Shown here: positions 59,117 to 64,000 of the stretch, piece after piece
Numbering within the stretch: the stretch's first letter is position 1
Layout of the letters: every line of letters starts with the position of its first letter
Source: Candidatus Heimdallarchaeota archaeon
GTDB taxonomy: Archaea; Asgardarchaeota; Heimdallarchaeia; Heimdallarchaeales; Heimdallarchaeaceae
NCBI GenBank assembly: GCA_021399345.1
Contig: JAAFKI010000112.1
Coordinates: 155,557 to 219,556, forward strand
Direction of reading: 5' to 3'
Length of the DNA stretch: 64,000 nt
Notes under the pieces: generated by a model
Databases searched by the model: none
What the model saw: the letters and a program-made list of their open reading frames with translations, nothing else
What the model was told of the DNA's origin: nothing
Program-made: the position numbers and the translations under genes

Positions 59117-61207
59117 ATGGATGAAGATCTAGTAACTGAATCACTTGTAGAGTTCCTTAAATTATTAGCTAATGGAGACTTACTTGATAGTAGAATAAAA
59201 ATTTCTATGATTCAAAGAGCAAGTCGAGCTATTAAAAATGCACTAGATCCTGTTTTAATTTTGGTTAGCTATTATGATCATGAAAATCAATTTCTTTATC
59301 CAATTTGTATAGAAGAGGAGCAAATTGCAAAGAGTAATTTAGAAATTGAAATGGATGCTTTTGATCCTGAGAATCCTTACACTGAAGTATTTGCACAATC
59401 TGATATAGCTTGGTTTCCAACTGATGCCATTGCTGAAGGCAACAACTACAAGGTATTTCTAAAAAATCAGAACATTAGTGATTTCATTGTATGTCCGATG
59501 TATTTAGGGGACATTACTATTGGAGCAATAAGTGTTTTTCTCCATCCAAACACAGTAAAACACAACCAAGAAAGATATTTGTCTGTAATAAAAGAAATAT
59601 CATTGTTAATAATAGATATGCTTTCATTTTGGTACGGTCAGTACAGTTCTGGTTTAAAATTGCACCAAACGGATTTAATTGTAGAGATGTCAACCCTTAC
59701 TCTTGAAACTACTGAAATACAACTTATACTTGATCGAATTTTACCAAAAATTAAGTCAAAAACTGAGATTGAAGGATTAGGTGTGTTTATCAAAGATATT
59801 GCGGAAGTTTCTCTAATTCAAGATATAGGGTTGAGTGACCAAGTAAGAGAATACTTCAAATCGCCTCAACTAGTGATATCAAGCTTACCTTATTATAATA
59901 CTCCTAACAAAATTGAAGAAATTAATTTCCCACAATTTGAAGAGCAATATGGGGTAATTCTTCCTATCGGCTCCACAAATCTAATGCTAGGTTTTCTAGT
60001 TGTTGTTTCCGAGTCAATAGAAAAACTCTCAGAATCAAATATTCATTTTCTCCGAATTATGGTTAATCAATTATTTCTAACTCTTCAAAGAAAAAGACTT
60101 CTTGATGACATTCAACAGATAACTCAAACTTCTGAGTTTTCTTCTTTTCCTGTTATGCTTGTAAACAATAGATTTGAGATCATTTATCTCAATAAACAGG
60201 CTGAGAAAACATTTGGTTTTGATCACGATGAAACAATTGGATTAAAATTGGATTACTTGCTTGGCCTAGATTCAGATAAAGCTAAGGAAATGCTTCGGAA
60301 AACCCGTGATGTAATGGCAAATATCGCAAAAGATACTATGAAACTTGAAATAGAAATTTTTCAATTGGGGAAAAGAGATTCTAGAACCTTCTTTGTACAA
60401 TTATCTCCAACAATCAATAATCTAACTGGGGAATATTGTGTTGTTTTGTCTTTAGTTGATATTTCTGAAGCAACAAAATTACAATCCATCGCAGAAGAAT
60501 ACTCTAACCGATCAAAAATGTACCTAAATGTTTTAACACATGATATTTACAACATTCTTTTTGGAATCTCAGGTTATTATGAATTATTAACTGGCAGCAT
60601 TCCTCCTGAAGAAAACGTGATATTGGAAAGAGTAAATACTCTTGTAAGAAGAGGTACAGGAATAGTTCAAGATATACGATTATTATCTAATGTATTAGAT
60701 GTTTCAAGTGGAGCAGAAGTTCATTTTGTTCCGCTTAAGATGACTATTTTGAGATTACTTGAAAAGGTAAAGGAAGAACACAATGAAAATGAATTCAATA
60801 TAGATGTTAATTTGCCCAGTGTTATTAAGATTCTAGGAGGGGTTTTTCTTTATGATATGTTCTACTATGTTTTGAAGAGCTTAATATTGAAAACTGAAAG
60901 TAAGAAGATTAACATAGATATCAGCGGGAGAGAGATAATAGAAGATGATCAAGAATTCTTTGAGATAATGATTCTTGATAAAGAGGGTGTTGAACCTGAA
61001 CTCAATGATGAAATACAAAGAGTTATTGATGAATCACCTTTTGACGAAACTCTTCGTAAACATTTAGGTTTTCTGATTGTTAATGAAATAGCTAAAAAAT
61101 ATGACTATAATTTGTTTATTGAAGATATAGATAAAGAAGACTGGACAAAAGGATTAGCAATAAAAATTAAAATGCAAAAATCTGTTGAAAATGAAAAAGG
61201 AAACTAA
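59117..61207 (+). CDS. GAF-GAF-PAS sensor with HisKA domain and degenerate HATPase domain
   Basis: GAF-like CPMYLGDITIGAISV and LPIG..MLGFLVV; PAS VNNRFEIIYLNKQAEKTFG; H-box VLTHDIYNIL; N, G1 and G2 boxes eroded. Confidence 0.8.
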   Translation: MDEDLVTESLVEFLKLLANGDLLDSRIKISMIQRASRAIKNALDPVLILVSYYDHENQFLYPICIEEEQIAKSNLEIEMDAFDPENPYTEVFAQSDIAWFPTDAIAEGNNYKVFLKNQNISDFIVCPMYLGDITIGAISVFLHPNTVKHNQERYLSVIKEISLLIIDMLSFWYGQYSSGLKLHQTDLIVEMSTLTLETTEIQLILDRILPKIKSKTEIEGLGVFIKDIAEVSLIQDIGLSDQVREYFKSPQLVISSLPYYNTPNKIEEINFPQFEEQYGVILPIGSTNLMLGFLVVVSESIEKLSESNIHFLRIMVNQLFLTLQRKRLLDDIQQITQTSEFSSFPVMLVNNRFEIIYLNKQAEKTFGFDHDETIGLKLDYLLGLDSDKAKEMLRKTRDVMANIAKDTMKLEIEIFQLGKRDSRTFFVQLSPTINNLTGEYCVVLSLVDISEATKLQSIAEEYSNRSKMYLNVLTHDIYNILFGISGYYELLTGSIPPEENVILERVNTLVRRGTGIVQDIRLLSNVLDVSSGAEVHFVPLKMTILRLLEKVKEEHNENEFNIDVNLPSVIKILGGVFLYDMFYYVLKSLILKTESKKINIDISGREIIEDDQEFFEIMILDKEGVEPELNDEIQRVIDESPFDETLRKHLGFLIVNEIAKKYDYNLFIEDIDKEDWTKGLAIKIKMQKSVENEKGN

Positions 61208-61221
61208 ATGGAGGGACGAAC

Positions 61222-61494
61222 CTACAATCTAGTGATAAAAGTCATCTGAATTGATGATATTTCTTCGATTGAATTTAGAACATCCTCTAAATTATCTTGT
61301 GCACCATCTTCCTCTGGAATAATGAATTGACCAATTATACCAACTAACCCGAAGAATAGCGGTTTTTCCTCAGGATTATTTTGCATTTTCACTTTCTCTG
61401 GAAGCTTTAACCTTATAATTTCTTCTAATTTCTTAGGAGTTATTTCTGTAGTTTCTGGTCTAATTTCATATACTAATAAAACTTCACCCAACAT
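61222..61494 (-). CDS. ef1b: Translation elongation factor aEF-1beta
   Basis: GEVLLVYEIRPE, EEKPLFFGL, EEDG; follows the Zn-ribbon gene; start ATG 61494 with AGGTG SD. Confidence 0.9.
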   Translation of the reverse strand: MLGEVLLVYEIRPETTEITPKKLEEIIRLKLPEKVKMQNNPEEKPLFFGLVGIIGQFIIPEEDGAQDNLEDVLNSIEEISSIQMTFITRL

Positions 61495-61504
61495 TTTCAC
61501 CTGC

Positions 61505-61687
61505 TTAAGGACCTTTAAAGTTGCATTTTGGGCATACATATTCATTTCCAAAAAGCCTACATTTTGGACATCTAATAATCAGAACATCATTACACTTTGG
61601 ACATGAAAAACGTGTATCTCCTTCATCACTAGGACTTATGACTCTATTACAGCTTGTGCATCTTGGCATATCAATCATTTTACTCAT
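61505..61687 (-). CDS. Zn-ribbon protein (DUF1610/HVO_2753 family)
   Basis: CTSC..FSCPKC..IRCPKCR..YVCPKCNFKGP; usual position upstream of ef1b. Confidence 0.93.
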   Translation of the reverse strand: MSKMIDMPRCTSCNRVISPSDEGDTRFSCPKCNDVLIIRCPKCRLFGNEYVCPKCNFKGP

Positions 61688-61932
61688 ATATAATCACGCG
61701 ATTGATTCTCTATAGAGTTACGTAAAGGTTGGTGTTTTAAGCTTTTTGAATTAACCTATTTTTATAGTTAGGCAAATTTTTCATCCTAGATGATGTTTAA
61801 GTAACACATTGAGTGTTGTAAAATCGTGTTAAGCATTTAATTAAGCCTTATACTATGGAAACCATCATAAAGGTTATATTAGGATTTTCCCATCTTAATT
61901 TATAATATTTTCAAAAGGAATGGAAGATTTAA

Positions 61933-63090
61933 ATGAGCGGTTACTCGCCAACGTGGACTAATAAAGGTAGTGATAAATTAAGAGCCCTTCAAGCAACAAA
62001 GATTCTAATGAATTCTCTAGAGAAAATAATAGCCTCTTTTGATGTTACTAATAGAGATACTGAACATGCCATTACTTCTGCAATAGCTGATGCTGTGTTC
62101 AATTTCTTTACTCCCCACAGAGATCTTGGAATTGAAGAGCAATTTGATCTTCTTATGGAATCTTTGGGATGGAAGAACATCAGGATTGAAAAAAATGAAG
62201 ATAATGCAGTAATACAACTTGGGGCAAATCGTTTCATAGCCTCAGAAGCGACCTATCACCCCTATCTAGTTATTGTTTCTGGGATCATGAAAGCATTAGG
62301 ATATTTCTTGTTTAATTCAGATGCTAGAGTAGAACAAATGCCAAGTCAATTTGAATCTCAACAATTACAGATAATTATACAAAAAGTTGACAATAAAATT
62401 CCTACTGTTCGTGCTCAAGAGATTTCTACTGAACCAAGTATGGCAACTTCCCCAGCTCAAACTAAAACTGAAGGTGTTTCTGGAGTAACACTGCAACCAA
62501 GTGCACCTGTTGAAGAGAAGGAGATTAAGGCAAGTTTGGATCTTGATTTAGATACAGTCTTCTCTCCGATTCTAAAAGAATATCCAACAACTATGGTTTT
62601 ACCTTTATTTCACAAAGTTTTGGCAGAAATTACATCCACTTTCTTTAGTGATATTGAGGATTCAAATGTTAAGAAAGCAAAAGAAGAATTCAACGATATA
62701 CATGTTCTGTTCTTAATTGAATTCCTTCTGATTAACATACGTGATTCAGAGCAAGATATCAAAGAAATCTCGTCAATGATTGGTCAATATGTTACCAAAG
62801 CTTTACAAGCAAAAGCAACAGATGACCTCAAAAATTACCTGCCTGCCGATATTATTTCAAGTATTTCACGAAGGGTGGCTTATGTAGAATATCCTGCGAG
62901 AACTTATTGTACTTATGCACCTGGTGAAAAATGTGTAGAAGGAAAACGCGATTTATGCGATTTTGTTTTATATATATGGGAAGGTATCTTAACAGTCTTA
63001 CTTCCAGAAAGTAATTTCAAAGTTGGTGAGCGAATACCATCTACAAGAAGAGGTAAATTCTGTCTTGTTGAATTTCTGAGGAATGAATGA
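61933..63090 (+). CDS. Protein with two V4R/Bet3(TRAPP)-like domains joined by a flexible linker
   Basis: N-domain ESLGW..I...VSGIMKAL...ARVEQ; S/T/P/E-rich linker; C-domain YC...C...LCDFVLYIWEGIL...VGE...GKFCLVEF. Confidence 0.5.
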   Translation: MSGYSPTWTNKGSDKLRALQATKILMNSLEKIIASFDVTNRDTEHAITSAIADAVFNFFTPHRDLGIEEQFDLLMESLGWKNIRIEKNEDNAVIQLGANRFIASEATYHPYLVIVSGIMKALGYFLFNSDARVEQMPSQFESQQLQIIIQKVDNKIPTVRAQEISTEPSMATSPAQTKTEGVSGVTLQPSAPVEEKEIKASLDLDLDTVFSPILKEYPTTMVLPLFHKVLAEITSTFFSDIEDSNVKKAKEEFNDIHVLFLIEFLLINIRDSEQDIKEISSMIGQYVTKALQAKATDDLKNYLPADIISSISRRVAYVEYPARTYCTYAPGEKCVEGKRDLCDFVLYIWEGILTVLLPESNFKVGERIPSTRRGKFCLVEFLRNE

Positions 63091-63217
63091 TACTTAGAAT
63101 CAAAGAAGATTTGCCTATTAGATACAATAATTTTATACTCAATTCTCTCTTTAGCATCTAATTGACATTTGAAAAGATATATAAGAATAAGATGGAGAAT
63201 AGCCATAAGGTGATTAA

Positions 63218-63682
63218 ATGGGAAGAAGAGTTGTAAAAAAAGTTTACAAAAATACTTATGCTCGAGGGCAAAGGGACACCAAAGAATTTGAGGATAGATT
63301 TTTAGCAAGAATAGAACTAATTTCACTAAAAGTTCTAGAAGACAGGGATCTCTTTGGTAATGAGTCAGAACTCTATTTTAGAGTAGGGCAAAGACCTAAT
63401 TATAGTAGTAGAATACCAAACAAAGGAACCATAAATCTAGAGAAAAATGAAGTGTTTAAACCACCAGAAGGTATGACACTTTATTCAGAATTTAGAAATG
63501 CTCCTCGTGGTGGAGTAATTCAAGTTCCCTTTCATGTTTTTGAAAGAGATCCAGGAAAGAATGATGATAAACTCATAGATCATGATTTAGCTGTTCCTTT
63601 AGGATCATCTGATTATAAAGTAATTACGCAAAACTCAATCAAAGTGAAGTTGAAGATATCAGGTCTAAGATCAAGATATTAG
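63218..63682 (+). CDS. Cytosolic C2-domain-like protein
   Basis: LKVLEDRDLFGNESELYFRV and HVFERDPGKNDDKL resemble C2 Ca2+-binding loops 1 and 3; basic N-terminus; no signal peptide. Confidence 0.55.
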   Translation: MGRRVVKKVYKNTYARGQRDTKEFEDRFLARIELISLKVLEDRDLFGNESELYFRVGQRPNYSSRIPNKGTINLEKNEVFKPPEGMTLYSEFRNAPRGGVIQVPFHVFERDPGKNDDKLIDHDLAVPLGSSDYKVITQNSIKVKLKISGLRSRY

Positions 63683-63712
63683 CAAAAGATAACCACTATA
63701 ATAGACATCTCT

Positions 63713-64000
63713 TCATTTTTTCTTTTCTTTGTTTTTAAGGAGAAATTTTAAGCCTGTTGATAAAAGAATTGGCCACAGATTTAGATTCATAAGCAGATTG
63801 AAAACAATAGTTCTTTGATTGTCTATATCTCCAGATTCTGAAATTTTATTTCTAATACGGGGTTTATTTAGTAAATTGAAAAGTCGATCGAGATCCTTAG
63901 TAGATAATGAGTTGATATAAGACCGAATAAGTTTCATTACTTTCAAGTTTTGTTTTAACTCTTTTTTCCAGAGTTTCTGGTATTTTGAAAGATATTGGGA
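63713..64000 (-). CDS. Geranylgeranyl-reductase-family flavoprotein, C-terminal part; begins beyond the window end
   Basis: Frame open to the window edge: SQYLSKYQKLWKKELKQNLKVMKLIR..LSTKDLDRLF..GDIDNQ, typical of GGR C-termini. Confidence 0.7.
   Translation of the reverse strand, partial: SQYLSKYQKLWKKELKQNLKVMKLIRSYINSLSTKDLDRLFNLLNKPRIRNKISESGDIDNQRTIVFNLLMNLNLWPILLSTGLKFLLKNKEKKK

Overview
AT-rich archaeal chromosomal window, most likely from an Asgard archaeon (Heimdallarchaeia-like). That assignment is inferred from archaeal core genes (fen, ef1b, arcS/RaSEA, ribK/ribL, cofE, a BHB-intron tRNA) found together with Rab-like and MglA GTPases, longin and roadblock proteins. Positions 1-19.2 kb hold two paralogous, tightly coupled MoxR AAA+ / DUF58(vWA) / DUF4350 / DUF4129 membrane operons separated by thyX. 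One is led by a transglutaminase-fold protein lacking its whole catalytic triad plus a 1214-aa Ig-like surface protein. The other is led by a PrsW-type intramembrane protease fused to zinc ribbons. The rest is mostly housekeeping, interspersed with candidate eukaryote-signature modules: a longin+Rab pair beside cdc48, an alpha-SNAP-like helical protein, a dynein-light-chain-like roadblock paired with MglA, a double-longin protein, a tandem V4R/Bet3-like protein and a C2-like protein. Also present are a CBS-HPF hibernation factor, a histidine kinase with a degenerate ATPase domain, a probable ACG-initiated gene, two tRNA-Lys genes and a TnpB remnant. No CRISPR array, rRNA or integrase was seen. 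All family calls come from reading motifs by eye, not from database searches.
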